The notes under the pieces: model-generated
Told to the model about the DNA's origin: nothing
Databases searched by the model: none
The model's input: the letters and a program-made list of their open reading frames with translations, nothing else
Part shown: positions 26,930 through 39,519 of the stretch, piece by piece
Position numbering within the stretch: the stretch's first letter is position 1
How the letters are laid out: each line of letters starts with the position of its first letter
Program-made: the position numbers and the translations under genes
Origin: Eledone cirrhosa
Taxonomy: Eukaryota
Assembly (NCBI GenBank): GCA_964016885.1
Contig: OZ024741.1
Location: 403,558,001 to 403,622,000, forward strand
Direction: 5' to 3'
DNA: 64,000 nucleotides

Positions 26930-27778
26930 AATAATTGTTTCTACTTTTGGCACAAGGCCAGTAGTCTTAGGGGAAACACAGTTGATTAAATCGACCCCGT
27001 ATGTGACTGGTACTTTATTTTATCGACTCTGTAACGAAGAAAGGCAAAGCCTAACCTCGGAAGGCTTTGAACTCAGAACACAAAGGGACGTTACTATATG
27101 CCAAAAACCATGTTTTTTGTCAAAGCATATTTTCATTGAGGCTATAAATAAGGATTTATATTTAAGGCAAAAGGTCAGCAATTTGTGGGGGGTGGGGCCG
27201 TTGATTATATCGATCTCAGTACTTGATTGGAACATTATTTTGTTGACCCTTAAAGGATGAAAGGAAAAGTTGACCTCGGAACTGGTGTTATATTAATATG
27301 TTGTGTTTTTAACAGCAAAGCTTAATTTCGGTGGGATTTAAACTCAGAGCGCAAAGGGCCGTAACTCTATGCCACGAAGCATGTTGTCCGACGCTCTACC
27401 GATACTGCCAATCCACTGCCCTTAACAACAATAATAATAATAGTTTCTGATTTAGGAACAAGGACAGCAATTTTAAGGGGGGGGAGGCAAAGTTGATTAA
27501 ATCGACCCCAGTGTGTTACTGGTGCTTTATTTTATCGACCCGGTAAGGATGAAAGGCTTAACCTGGGCTTGATTTGAACTAAGAACGTAAAGGGACGAAA
27601 CTATGCTAGAAAGCATGGCGTCCAACCCTCTACCGTACTGCCAATACACCACCCTTAGAGTACTAATAATAATTGTTTCTACTTTTGGCACAAGGCCTGC
27701 AATTATATCAGTACATTACTGGTTCTTTATTTTATCGGTAAAGGCACGTAACTATGCTGGAAAGCATGGCGTCCGTGA
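26930..27778 (-). mobile_element. Tandem cluster of about five Deu/Nin-like SINE copies and fragments
   Basis: Repeated TTTCTACTTTTGGCACAAGGCC tails and GATTTGAACT B-box complements, all in the same orientation. Confidence 0.8.
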
Positions 27779-28536
27779 CAAGCAATAATATAAAATCCTT
27801 TCTAAACGAGAGATATTTTACTGAACTGATGATAAAATACACGTATTTAACTGCCATCTGTAATTGATAGAAAAGCAAATATAATCAAGGAAAAGGGAGA
27901 ATAGGAAAAATAAAATAAAGAAAAATAATTGCAATCATTTATCTTCAGGAGCTTGTTATAGTCTGATATTGTGTTAAACAAGTTTTACTTTCGTTTCATT
28001 TAGTTTGCATGCTTTTACACATCGACTTCACATGCTGTTCCTTTCCATTTCACTTACTGATATATATTTTTTCTTCTATCTCTACACACCATTCTTTACA
28101 TCTGTTTCACTCACTGACACATTTTCTCGCTTTACATATATTTCTATTGACATAACTACATTATTTTTTTAATTCTTTTCTCTCTAGTGTTTTTCTTTTT
28201 TTTACATTTGACTGTCTACGAGACGTCTCAGATCGTTATATTTCTACTGACGAAGGAAAAAAAATATAGAATTGTGAAATAAAACATAAAAATAGTTTTA
28301 AAAAATTGCATTCGATCGACTGAGAAATCGAATTTCATCCGAGATCTGAATAGAATGTTAACTATCTCTGGTTCACTTAAGACAATTCTTTATCCATCTG
28401 TATTTTACAGCGTTATAGCAATAAATCGTTATTTTCTCGGGTCACAAATGCTGCTAAAAGTCTTTATGTTAAAATATAACAAAGAACAAAGCAAATACAC
28501 ATACACATATACACACAAATAATTGTAGATACTTGA

Positions 28537-28595
<59 letters not shown>

Positions 28596-29019
28596 AGAAT
28601 ATGGCTGTGTAGTTGCTATTTAAGGTAACTTAAAATACAGTGGGAATACGAAGAAAGCAATAACAGGGGGATCCTCATCAGTTGTCTACTGGGGGTCTAG
28701 GATATTTCTACGCTTTAAAGACAAGATACCACTTCACCCCAGGGCGTCAATAACTGGATAAGTTATTGGGAAAACGATGGAAGGAGGGAAGGAAAGCAAA
28801 GGGGAAGAAAAGAGAAACAATAACAAAACAGCGAAAAAACCCCACAAACCGAGCACTGTGCGAGCAACTATAGGTAGGAAATCCAAGACCACTCACTCTC
28901 TCTATATATATATAGAGAGAGAGAGAGAAAGAGAGATAGATAGATAGAGAGAGAGAGATAGGCAAGGATAGTTAGAAATGGATGATAGATAGACACATAG
29001 ACAGATAGATACATAGATA

Positions 29020-29650
29020 ATTTTCTTTTTATTTGCCACCAGGGCATCAAAAAGTGACACAAGTACAATGGGGGGAGTTTACATAACAAGGCGTCCTCAA
29101 TAAGGAGGAGGCAATAACAAGATATAAAAATAAAATAAAATATAGCAAAATAAAATTTATAACAAAATCCTCAATAGAGAGGAGGCGCCTTGGGAGGTCG
29201 CACACACCCCCGAAGAAAAATGTGCAACCCTTCTCCTCAGGAGCACAGAGAGGGGGTGCTCCCTTGGTCTTTCATCTGTCTCACCTATAGTCTGATGTAG
29301 AGTGAAGGCCCATTCACACGGGCCATTCTCGCCACTTTCACCCATCTTTCATAAAAAACGGCTAGGGTGCAGCACCTCTCTCTCCATCCTGATCCTTCTT
29401 CCGAAATGATATCGGAAGAAACGGACCAGTTGTTGGCCAGAGAGAAAGGTGTCTCACCTCAGTCCTTTCAGACGCGTCCACCATACAACCTCTTTCGCCA
29501 TGGCTATTACGCACAGAAACACCGCCTCTCCTTCGTTTTTGAAGAGAGGAGGCGGCTTGATCGTTACAATAGACTCGGTGGTCAACCGGATCGGTCCCAC
29601 CCTTGACAGCAGTTGTTCGACATAGCCCCACAGATCGGCAATGCCCGATG
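29020..29650 (-). mobile_element. Tx1-clade copy A (5'-truncated, ~630 bp)
   Basis: Nearly identical to 32972-33600; bounded by GATA repeats. Confidence 0.9.
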
Positions 29651-29679
29651 TATCTATCTATAGATAGATACATAGATAG

Positions 29680-31827
29680 ATTTCTTTATTAGCCACAAGG
29701 GCGCAACAAGAAAAGGGGACAATACAAAGACATGCCGGGGATTTTACATACAGTCGTGTAAAAAATATAAAAACAAACAATTTCAACAATCGAAATCCCC
29801 AATAGGGGGGAGGCGCCACAAATGGGTTGTTTAATACCCCGTCGATAGAACAACCCTCAACTTCAGGAGCGTGTTGTGCAAGTGCACCTTTCTTCCTTTT
29901 GCTCTCTTCCTCAACCTACAGGCTTATAAACAGAGAAGGCCCAATCACTCGGGCCATTTTCGCTTCATTCACCCACCTTTCAGTAAATGTACTGGGGTGC
30001 AGTGCCTCTCTCTCCACCCTGATTCTCCTTCTAAAGTGATACTTAAAGAAGGGAATCAATTGTTGTCCGGAGAGAAAGGCATCTGTCCTCAGTCCTCTCA
30101 ACCTCGTCCACCATATAACTTCTTTCACCATAGCCACCGTACAGAGGAAAACCGCCTCTCTTTCGTTTTTGAAAGAGTCTGGCGGTTTGATCCTTACTAT
30201 GGACTCGGCAGTCAACTGGATTTGTCCCATACGCGACAGCAGTTGTTCTGCATAGTTCCACAGGTCGCTTACGCCCGTGCAGTGTACAATTGCCTGCAGA
30301 ACTGTTTCAATGTCTTGCGCACATCTTGGACACGTCCTCTTGGAAGGATCCCTGCCAAGGCGTCCGTGCCTGTAGATCTTGTCATGAACCGGTAGAGCTC
30401 CTCGGTAGCACTGCCAGGCCAGGGACCTCTGGAAGTTGTCCATAGGTCCCGGGCGGAAAGTCCTACTAAACAGACTGGTGAGCTCATCGTCTTCGACGCC
30501 CAGAGTCTCTCCGAGCACGTCGTCGCCCTTGTAACGTACAATGCCTCTATAGAATGTCGAAGTGGAGTCTCCACTGATTGCTGTGCCCGCTTGCCAGAGG
30601 ACTGTGAGCGCCTGAGCGCATTCAATGTGCCAGGCGCCCATCGTTTTCGGTCTTTTCTTCACCCAGGACTGCAGCTCCGTTAGCGAGACCAGCTGTGGGA
30701 AAGCCTGTCTCACAAACGGTGCCCACACCGGTTGGGGGTCGGTGAGGAATACCTGGAGATGCCGCAGCCTCAGCGCATGTTTGCGCATCATCAGCCACGG
30801 CATTCCCAGCCCTCCGTTGGAAGGGTGCTGACAGCAGACGGATCTCCTCACCAGCGGAGCCTGCTTCTTCCACAGAAACTGGAAGAGCATGCGTTCCATC
30901 TTGGCGAGGTGTTCACGGGGACAAGGCACGACAGTTAAGCGGTAGTAGATGACGGACGCTATGAAAGTGTTCGCCACCTCCGCTCGACCTTTCAAGGACA
31001 GTTTGCACTCTGCCCACTTCTGAGTGAGTGCAAACACCTTGGCCGTGACCTCGTTCCAGTTTTTCTCCACCTGGAGGTCTGGACCGAATCAGACCCCGAG
31101 CAATTTCACCGGTCCATCCGTCCAGCGTCCAACGACGCTGTCGGATGTCATCGGTTTGCCTCTCCACGTACCGAGTTGCAAACCGACAGACTTGTCTGGG
31201 TTTAGTTTTGCTCCCGTCAGCGTTTCGTATTCTTTCAGTATGTTGCCGATCACCCCGATTTCCGAGGTGCTCGACACCATTACCGTTACGTCGTCGGCAT
31301 AAACCGTCGCCGCTTTGCGCAGTCACGGTTCTAGGGGGATGCCCTGCAACAACTCCAATTTCCGCAGTTGTGGCTCTAGAGTCAATACATACAGAATGGA
31401 GGAGAGAGGGCATCCTTGTCGAATGGAGCGCGTGATTGCGAACGGCTCCGATAGGTAGCCGTTCACCTTGACCCTCGAGCAATGCTGGTGTGCATCGCCT
31501 CGATCCATCCTCTGAACACGGGACCGAAACCGGCCGCCTTGAGAACCGCTTCCAAGTATCGATGGTCGACCCTATCGAATGCCTTAGACTGATCCAAGTT
31601 GATCAGAGCCCCACCGAAGCCGGGTTTACTACCCACCCTCTCTATGATGTATCGCATGAGGTGGATGTTGTCGTGTATGGACCTGGTCGGGATTGCACAC
31701 GTATGCTCTTTCCCTACCAGGTTCTCGACGACAAGCGCCAACCTCGTCGCTAGCACCTTGGCCAAAATCTTTAACTCTGTGTTGAGCAGAGTTATGGGCC
31801 TGAAGTTGTTAATTTCGTCCCCCTTGA
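29680..31827 (-). mobile_element. Tx1-clade copy B (5'-truncated inside RT, disrupted)
   Basis: NFRPITLLN, DQSKAFDRV, RQGCPLS, YADD (31276-31305), CPRC..HC; stops and frameshifts present; GATA repeats at both junctions. Confidence 0.92.
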
Positions 31828-31916
31828 TAGATAGATAGATAGAAATATAGACAGACATTGATAGATAGAAAAGCAGATAGATATATAGATAGATAGATAG
31901 ATAGATATATAGATAA

Positions 31917-32947
31917 ATTTCTTTATTAGCCACAAGGGCACAAAAGAAGGGGACAAATACAAATGGGGAGTTTACATACAGGTATATGAAAATAAAACTA
32001 TTAATAAAATAACAAATAACAATTGAAATCCCAATAGGGGGGGGGGGGGTCGTTACACACAGGTAACACATTCCCCCGAAAAAATGTGCAACCCTCATCT
32101 CCAAGAGTACGAAGAGTTTGTACTCCTTTCCTCTCCTCCTCCTTTTCCTCAATCTACAGGCTGATATAGACAGAAGGCCCATTCACTCGGGCCATTCTCG
32201 CCACTTTCACTCACCTTTTATAAAACTAGCTGGGGTACAGCACCTCTCTCTCCATCCTGACTCTTCTTCCAAAGTGGTATTTGAAAAAAAGAATCAGTTG
32301 TTGGCCGGAGAAAAAGGTGTCTGACCTCAGCCCTTTCAATCTCGTCCACCATATAACCTCTTTCGCCATAGCTATCACACAAAGGAAAACCGCCTCTCCT
32401 TCGTTTTTGAAGGAGGGTGGCGGTTTGATCATGACAATGGACTCGGTGGTCAACCGGATTGGTCCCACCCGCGACAATAGTCGTTCTACATAGCCCCACA
32501 GGTCGGTGACGCCCGGGCAGTGTATGAATGCGTGCGCAACGGTTTCTTCGTCTCGCACGCACCTCGGACAGATCTTTTTTGCAGAGTCCCTGCCAGGCCA
32601 GGGACTTTTGGAAGTTGTCCATCGGTCCCAGGCGGAAGGTCCTACCGAACAGACTGGCCAGTTCATCTTCCTCTACGCCTAGAGTTTCACCGAGCGCGCC
32701 GTCGCACTTGCTGCGGATCAACCCTCTATAGAATGACGAAGTGGAGTCTCCACTGATCGCTGGGTCCGCCTGCCAGAGGGCTGTGAACGCCTGAGCACAT
32801 TCAATGTGCCAGTCGCCCATTTTCTTCGGTCTTTGCTTGACCCAGGACTGCAGCTCGGTCATCGAGACGAGTCGTGGGAAGGCTCGCCTCACGAACGGGG
32901 CCGACACCGGTTGTCCGGTGAGGAATACCTAGAGATGCCGCAGCCTG
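31917..32947 (-). mobile_element. Tx1-clade copy C (5'-truncated, third subfamily)
   Basis: ORF2 C-terminus homologous to B and D but with a distinct 3' UTR and an internal deletion near 32590; GATA repeats on both sides. Confidence 0.9.
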
Positions 32948-33234
32948 ATAGACAGATAGATAGATAGATATGTTTCTTTTATTTGCCACTAGGGCATCAA
33001 AAGTGGGACAAGTACAAAGGGGGGAGTTTACACAAAAAGGCGTCCTCAATAAGGAGGAGGCAATAACAAAATATAAAAATAAAATAAGATATAACAAAAA
33101 ATAAAATTTATAACAAAATCCTCAATAGGGAGGAGGCGCCTTGGGGGGTCGCACACACCCCCGAAAAAAGTGTGCAACCCTTCTCCTCAGGAGCACAGAG
33201 AAGGGGTGCTCCCTTGGTCTTTCATCTTCCTCAC

Positions 33235-36200
33235 CTATAGTCTGATGTAGAGTGAAGGCCCATTCACACGGGCCATTCTCGCCACTTTCACCCATCTTTC
33301 ATAGAAACGGCTGGGGTGCAGCACCTCTCTCTCCATCCTGATCCTTCTTCCGAAATGATATCGGAAGAAACGGACCAGTTGTTGGCCAGACAGAAAGGTG
33401 CCTGACCTCAGTCCTTTCAGACGCGTCCACCATACAACCTCTTTCGCCATGGCTATTACGCACAGAAACACCGACTCTGCTTCATCTTTGAAGGGGGGAG
33501 GCGGCTTGATCATTACAATAGACTCGGTGGTCAACCGGATCGGTCCCACCCTTGACAGCAGTTGTTCGACATAGCCCCACAGATCGGCTACGCCCGAGCA
33601 GTGTACCAATGCGTGTGCAACGGTTTCCTCGTCGCACACGCATCTGGGACAGATCTTTTTGGCGGGGTCCCTACCCGGGCGCCCGTGTCTGTAGAGCCTT
33701 TCTCGAACGGGTAAAGCTCCTCGGTAGCACTGCCAGGCCAGGGACTTCTGGAAGTTGTCCATAGGTCCCGGGCTGAATGTCCTACCGAACAGGCTGGCCA
33801 GTTCGTCCTCCTCCATGTCTAGGGCTTCTCCGAGGGCGTCGTCGCACCTGCTGCGTACCAGCCCTCTATAGAATGTTGCGGTGGGGTCTCCACTGATAAC
33901 CGGATCCGCCTGCCAGAGGGCGGTGAGTGCCTGGGCACACTCGGTGTGCCAGGCGCCCAGTTTTCTCGGTCTTTGCTTGACCCAGGATTGCAGCTCGGTG
34001 AGTGAGACGAGTCTGGGAAAGGTTCGTCTCACAAACGAGGCCCACACCGGTTGTCCGGTGAGGAATACGTAGAGGTGCCGTAGCCTTAATGCGTGTTTAC
34101 GCATCATTAGCCACGGCATCCCCAGCCCTCCTTTCGAAGGGTGTTGACAGCAGATGGATCTCCTCACCATAGGAGCCCGCCTCTTCCAAAGGAATTGGAA
34201 GAGTCCGCGCTCCATCTTGGTGAGGGTTTCCCTTGGGCAGGGCACTACGGTCAGGCGGTAGTAGATGACGGACGCTATGTAGGTGTTCGCCACCTCCACC
34301 CGACCTTTCAGGGATAGTTTGCAACTGGCCCACTTCTGGGTCAGTGCAAACACCCTGTTCGTAACCTCCGCCCAGTTTTTCTCCACCTGGAGGTCCGGTC
34401 CGAACCAGACCCCGAGCAACTTCACCGGGCCCTCCGTCCAGCGTCCGACGACGCCATCGGAGGGCATCGGTCTGCCCCTCCACGTGCCGAGTTGCAAACC
34501 GATCGACTTGTCCCGGTTCAGCTTAGCCCCTGTGAACTTTTCGTACTCCTCCAGTAAGGTGCCGACCGCCTCGATTTCGGAGGCCGTCGACACCATTACT
34601 GTCACGTCATCGGCGTAGGCCGACACCGCTTTCCGCAATCCCGGTTCCAAAGGGATGCCCTGCAACAACTCCAACTTCTGCAGTAGTGGCTCGAGAGTCA
34701 ACACATACAGAAGGGAGGAGAGAGGGCACCCTTGTCGGATGGACCGCGCGATTTTGAACGTCTCCGAGGGGTAGCCGTTCACCTTGACCCTAGAGCAGAT
34801 GCGGCTGCTGTGCATAGCAGTGATCCAGCCCCTGAAAACGGGTCCGAAGCCTGCCGCCGCTAGCACCGCATCCAGGTAACCATGGTCGACCCTATCGAAC
34901 GCCTTAGATTGATCCAAGTTGATCAGAGCCCCACCAAAGCCGGGTTCGTTCCCAACCCTCTCTATGATGTATCGCATGAGGTGGAGGTTGTCATGGATGG
35001 ACCTGGACGGGATAGCGCATGTCTGCGCATCTCCCACCAGGTTGCCCACGACAAGCGCCAACCTCTTTGCTAGCACCTTGGCCAAAATCTGTAACTCTGT
35101 ATTTAGCAGAGTTATGGGCCTGAAGTTACTTATTTCGTCCCCCTTGTTCTCGTCCTTCCTCACTAGCGTGACTACGCCCTTGGTCACAGTACAGGGAATT
35201 CTCCCGTTCTGTTGCCAGTTGCAGTAGACCGCCTCGAGGAGATCGGGGAACAAGTCCGGCATAGCTAGATATAATTCGTAAGGAAGACCATCGAGACCCG
35301 GGGATTTGCGTTTGCCGCATTGGCTCAGCACGTCCTCTATCTCAGCGGCCGAAATCGGCTCCTCGCAGGACTTCGCCTCCCTGTCCGAGAGGCGCGGCAG
35401 GCCGTCGAGGTATGGACCGAAGTCCACGTTCCCAACCGGCTCCCCGCCCCTCCCGAACAGTCGGGCAAAGTGCCTTTGAAAGGCCTCACACATCTGCTTA
35501 GGCTCAAGAATCGCCTGTCCATCCAGGTCTCGCAAAGACCGGATGGTGGATTTAGTTCCACTGTTGGCCTCTGTCACGCGGGCCCAGCCAACAGCTTTGG
35601 TCCCCTCGTTCCCTAGAGCACGTATTTTACTTCGGACAACGCAGCCTTCGTGCTTCGCGTCGAAAAACTGGCTCAAAGCCGTTCTCGACGCTAGCACTCT
35701 GGCCACGTCGCCGCTTCTAATTGCCTCTTCTACTCTATCTATTAGCTCCCTTTCCTTCCTATTCCTATCCGCAGCTAGAACTTTACTAAATTCTATCGAG
35801 ACTACTCTAATCTCTCTCTTTAGAGATACCCACCACCTGCTGTTGACGATCGCTCCAGTCAACCGTTCCTTAACTAACGTACTAATCCGATTCCTGTTGG
35901 CTCTACTTGCCGGCAAGGACAAGTTGAGCTTCCAGTAACCGGGGCCCTGTCTATGGGTTCTGTCAAGGTTGACCATGCAGGTCACTAATTTGTGGTCTGA
36001 ATAGCCAACCATGCGCATTTTTGGACAACTTAAAAAGTCCTTATCCTTAATTCTAACTAAGAACCTATATAGGTACGACCTAGATGATCCGCTACGATTT
36101 CCCCAAGTCCAGGTTGGCGCAGTCGGAAAATCTAGTCGATATCTATCGGCCAGGTCAAATCGACCGATTAACCCTTTGAGGATATTACACCCCTCTCTAT

Positions 36201-36672
36201 CGGGTCAGGCCCCTACGTAGTCCCAGCGTGTATCTAGGATACCATTCCAGTCCCCCACTAATAGCAAGGAGCGGGACGTCCCTAGAAAAGTCTCCAGACG
36301 ATGGAAGAAGTCCGGCCGCATTGACCCGAAAGGGCCGTAGGCGGCTACCAACCTAAACGCTCCGCCTTTACCACTGCCAAGGTCCAGAACCACTAGTCGA
36401 CCCTCCGGGTCCAAATGTACCATCTGTGTTGCGAGACCCAGATGTTTTTGCAGCAGAACGACAACTCCACCCCCACCTCCGGGCTGACAGAGAGATGCGT
36501 GCATCTCAAAGTCATCAAAGGTGGGGGCCAGCTGTCGCACGTTGCTGATCCGGGCCTCGCAAATAACCATCACATCTATACGTTGTGACCTGAGGTCATT
36601 TAGAAGCATTGCTTGCTTCCAAGTTGAGCCCAGGCCACGCGCATTTAAACAGCCTACTCTTAGCATAGCCAT
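33235..36672 (-). CDS. ORF2: APE endonuclease + reverse transcriptase + cysteine-rich C-terminus (~1145 codons, one in-frame TGA at 36205-36207)
   Basis: APE motifs CLNARGL, ICE, VGDWN, WTW, SDH; GPGYWKLN; KSPGLDG, NFRPITLLN, KAFDRV, RQGCPLS, AYADDV. I read through the TGA and the frame continues into the 927-aa ORF. Confidence 0.92.
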
Positions 36673-36737
36673 GTTGGTGGTGAAGAGAAAAGGCACTTAT
36701 CTCTCTGCGTCCCGGGTATCGGGCTGCACAATTTCCA

Positions 36738-37991
36738 TTAGGGTGGGGGATGGGTTGTTTGTGGGGTGGTGGTTTGTGGAAGTGTAGGGGCATCAGTGTG
36801 TTGTGTGGTTGGGGAGTTTGGAGTTGTGTGGGTGTTTGGGGAGGGGGTGAGGTAGTTTTTTAGGAGGACGCGGTTAATGGGCCCGACGCAGGGGTGACCC
36901 ACGTCCTCTTTAAAATTGTTTTTTAAAGTTTTATAGGTGTCCTGTGGGGCCTTAATCATTTTGAGGTGGGGGAAATCCCCTGCCTGGGTGAAGTTAGGCC
37001 CTTGTGTTTTTATTAGATTGTTGTTGTACACAATGTTTAACAGTTTTTTGTTTCTTGTGTTTATGTATGTGTATGCATGTTTTTGTTTTTGTGTGGTGTT
37101 TTTTGTTTGCTGTTGTTGTGAGCTCTTTTGTGTTGGTGTCAGTGTTATGTTTTGGGGAGGGGTTTTTTTCATTTGTGTGTCTGAGGTGTGTTTTCTTTTT
37201 TTTCTTTTGATTGTGTGGAAGTGCTCCTCCTCGTCTGACGACGAACTAGGGTCATCTTCCGCGTTGGAGGGGAGGGGTATATTTTCGGGTTGTGTTTGCG
37301 GTACGGGTGTTTTGGAAATTGTTTTTGTTTTTTGAGTGGAGGGGATGGGTTGGACATTGTTTTGTTTTGGTTTGAGCTGTGGTGGTTGTTTTTGTAGTGG
37401 TAGTTGTGGTGATTGTGTTGGTTGTGCAGTTGTTGGTGGTGTAGGCAGGATTGGGGTTTTCTTATTAAGTTGAGGACAGACAGCCCTCAGGTGACCTCTG
37501 GTTCCGCAGAGGTAACACGAGGGCCGTCTACCCTCAACGGTAATGTTGATGAAGGTTAGATCATCCAGTATGACGCGTTCAGGGATCTGGGCGATCCTTT
37601 CGGGCCTCATTTGAACTACAAGTTCGAGGCTCGTTCCACTGAACGCGTCACCCGATGCCTTTCCCATGGACACCAGCATGTCATCCTCCAGGTCCAGAAA
37701 ACCTGTCAAAACCCACCATATGTCCATAATCGGCAGGATGGTGTGGATTTTTATTTTTTGTGTTCTTCTACCCATGTACGTAGGGTAGAAGGTGTATGCG
37801 GTGGATGTGATTGGTTTGATGGACAGTTTCACTGCTGTGTCCCTGTCCTTCATGAGAATGGATAGACTCCCGTAGAGTCTATCCTTCTGAATGAAGGTGA
37901 TGTCCTTCATGACGTCTTTTAAAACCAGCTCTATCTCGCTCTGTGATGGTTGAGCTGGTTTTTTACTTTTGTTCGAGATTGTCCTAAACAT
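36738..37991 (-). CDS. ORF1: gag-like nucleic-acid-binding protein with a CCHC zinc knuckle
   Basis: CYLCGTRGHLRAVC (CX2CX4HX4C) followed by a P/Q/T/K-rich tail; lies just upstream of ORF2. The frame is open up to the junction, so the N-terminus may be truncated. Confidence 0.85.
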   Translation of the reverse strand: MFRTISNKSKKPAQPSQSEIELVLKDVMKDITFIQKDRLYGSLSILMKDRDTAVKLSIKPITSTAYTFYPTYMGRRTQKIKIHTILPIMDIWWVLTGFLDLEDDMLVSMGKASGDAFSGTSLELVVQMRPERIAQIPERVILDDLTFINITVEGRRPSCYLCGTRGHLRAVCPQLNKKTPILPTPPTTAQPTQSPQLPLQKQPPQLKPKQNNVQPIPSTQKTKTISKTPVPQTQPENIPLPSNAEDDPSSSSDEEEHFHTIKRKKRKHTSDTQMKKTPPQNITLTPTQKSSQQQQTKNTTQKQKHAYTYINTRNKKLLNIVYNNNLIKTQGPNFTQAGDFPHLKMIKAPQDTYKTLKNNFKEDVGHPCVGPINRVLLKNYLTPSPNTHTTPNSPTTQHTDAPTLPQTTTPQTTHPPP

Positions 37992-38018
37992 GACCGTGTT
38001 TAGGAGTCTCTGGCTTAT

Positions 38019-38085
<67 letters not shown>

Positions 38086-38718
38086 GATAAGTAGAGATGG
38101 ATAGATAGATATCTGCATTAAAACCCCGTTGTATATCATCCCTCATCAGAGTTCGATGAAACTAATAACTAATCAATTATTGTGGTTGATATAATTAATT
38201 TTAGCTTCCCTTAAGCTCCTGGCTTTATGCCAACCTTAGAAGCTAATATTTATTTAATTAACAAAATCTTTAAAAAGTAAGAGCCGGTCGTTAACTTAAG
38301 GATTTTACTGCTGTGGGAACGACTATTGTGTCTTTTGTGGTACCTGCCTTCAAACGGACCAACAAGTTGCATCTGAATAGTGCTTGACCTGTTAAAGGTA
38401 GTAGCTAAAATCTGCTTCATAATAAGCCACACTGTCTTAAGACATTTAAACATCCATATACAGACGAATCAATGCTGCTTCACTTGCTGAAACTGGGAGC
38501 CAAATCTCCTTTAAGATATATCGTACCGTCTTAAAATATTTAAATATCCATAGGGAGGTTTTGTCCACTAATTACATGTAAGTCTTTATTCATCGTATAT
38601 TTTCCAACTCACTTGATATATGAAACCCTAGATATGTGAAATCCTACCGTATATGCATTTAGTATGCATATACTGAGGTTTCCCCTTGTTTATATACATT
38701 CCTTCTATCACTATATAT

Positions 38719-38971
38719 CTAAAGTCTGTCTAGAGCCCGATTTCTTTGGCGTAAAGTGACTGAGAGTACAATACTTCCCTTGGAAAGGACACCAGTCCTT
38801 CGCAGGGTTAAATCCCTAACTATTGCTGGTACTGATTTTCAGTTGAGTATACTGGAACAACGTGCAATGAAGTGTTTTGCTCAAGAACACAACACACAAC
38901 CCAGTCAGGAATCAAACCCACGACATTATGGTCGTAAGTCCAAGACACTTACCATGAGGCCACGCGCATCC
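38719..38971 (-). mobile_element. CORE-type tRNA SINE with 14-bp target-site duplication
   Basis: AAGTGTTTTGCTCAAGAACACAAC core complement; CTATCACTATATAT at 38705-38718 and 38972-38985. Confidence 0.85.
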
Positions 38972-39162
38972 CTATCACTATATATACACTGATCACTTTA
39001 TTGTATTGCCAACCGAGTAGAATAAGATTTGCTGAGGAGGTCTAAGACGGAAACATGTCCGGAGCTTCCACTAACTGGTTTTAAAAACAAGATATATCCA
39101 TATCTACATAGTATCTATTTTAGAAAAATATATTTTTGACAAATAAAATTAATTAAAAACAT

Positions 39163-39344
39163 AATTGTTTCTAGTTTTGGCACAAAGCCAGCAATGACCC
39201 CAGTGCATTACTGGTACTTTATTTTATCGACCCCGTAAGGATGAAAGGCAAAGTTAACCTCGGCGGGATTTGAACTCAGACCATAAAGGGCCGTAACTCT
39301 ATGCTGCAAAGCATAGCGTCTGACCCTCTACCGATACTGCCAAT
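39163..39344 (-). mobile_element. Full-length Deu/Nin-like tRNA SINE
   Basis: Reverse complement of 22672-22853. Confidence 0.9.
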
Positions 39345-39429
39345 CTATCATGTGATATAACGAACAGACCAAGTGACGCTTTCCCACCGAGACTCCAAGC
39401 TTATTGCCAACCGTTATTGCCAACCGTTA

Positions 39430-39519
39430 TTGCAGGCTTGCGTGTTCGTTACACGAGACACTGTTCGTGAGCCGATTTGTTCGTGATGCGAAGATTCGTG
39501 AACCAAGGTTCCACAGTAT
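39430..39519. mobile_element. pogo/Tigger-like DNA transposon terminus
   Basis: Minus strand reads TA-CTGTGGAACCTTGGTTCACGAA with repeated CACGAA subterminal motifs. Confidence 0.5.

Larger units (their letters stand above)
32972..38016 (-). mobile_element. Tx1-clade (L1 group) non-LTR retrotransposon copy D, near full length
   Basis: ORF1 + ORF2 + ~260-nt 3' UTR ending AATAAAAGAAAC; (GATA)n at 32948-32970 and 38020-38110. Confidence 0.95.

Noticed and set aside
28240-28700. Half hammerhead cores (CTGACGAAGGA at 28247; CTGATGAGGA on the minus strand near 28680)
   Set aside because: No correctly placed GAAA or stem III; at most Penelope-like relics.
29367-37865. Many short + strand ORFs
   Set aside because: They are antisense shadows of the GC-rich Tx1 ORFs.
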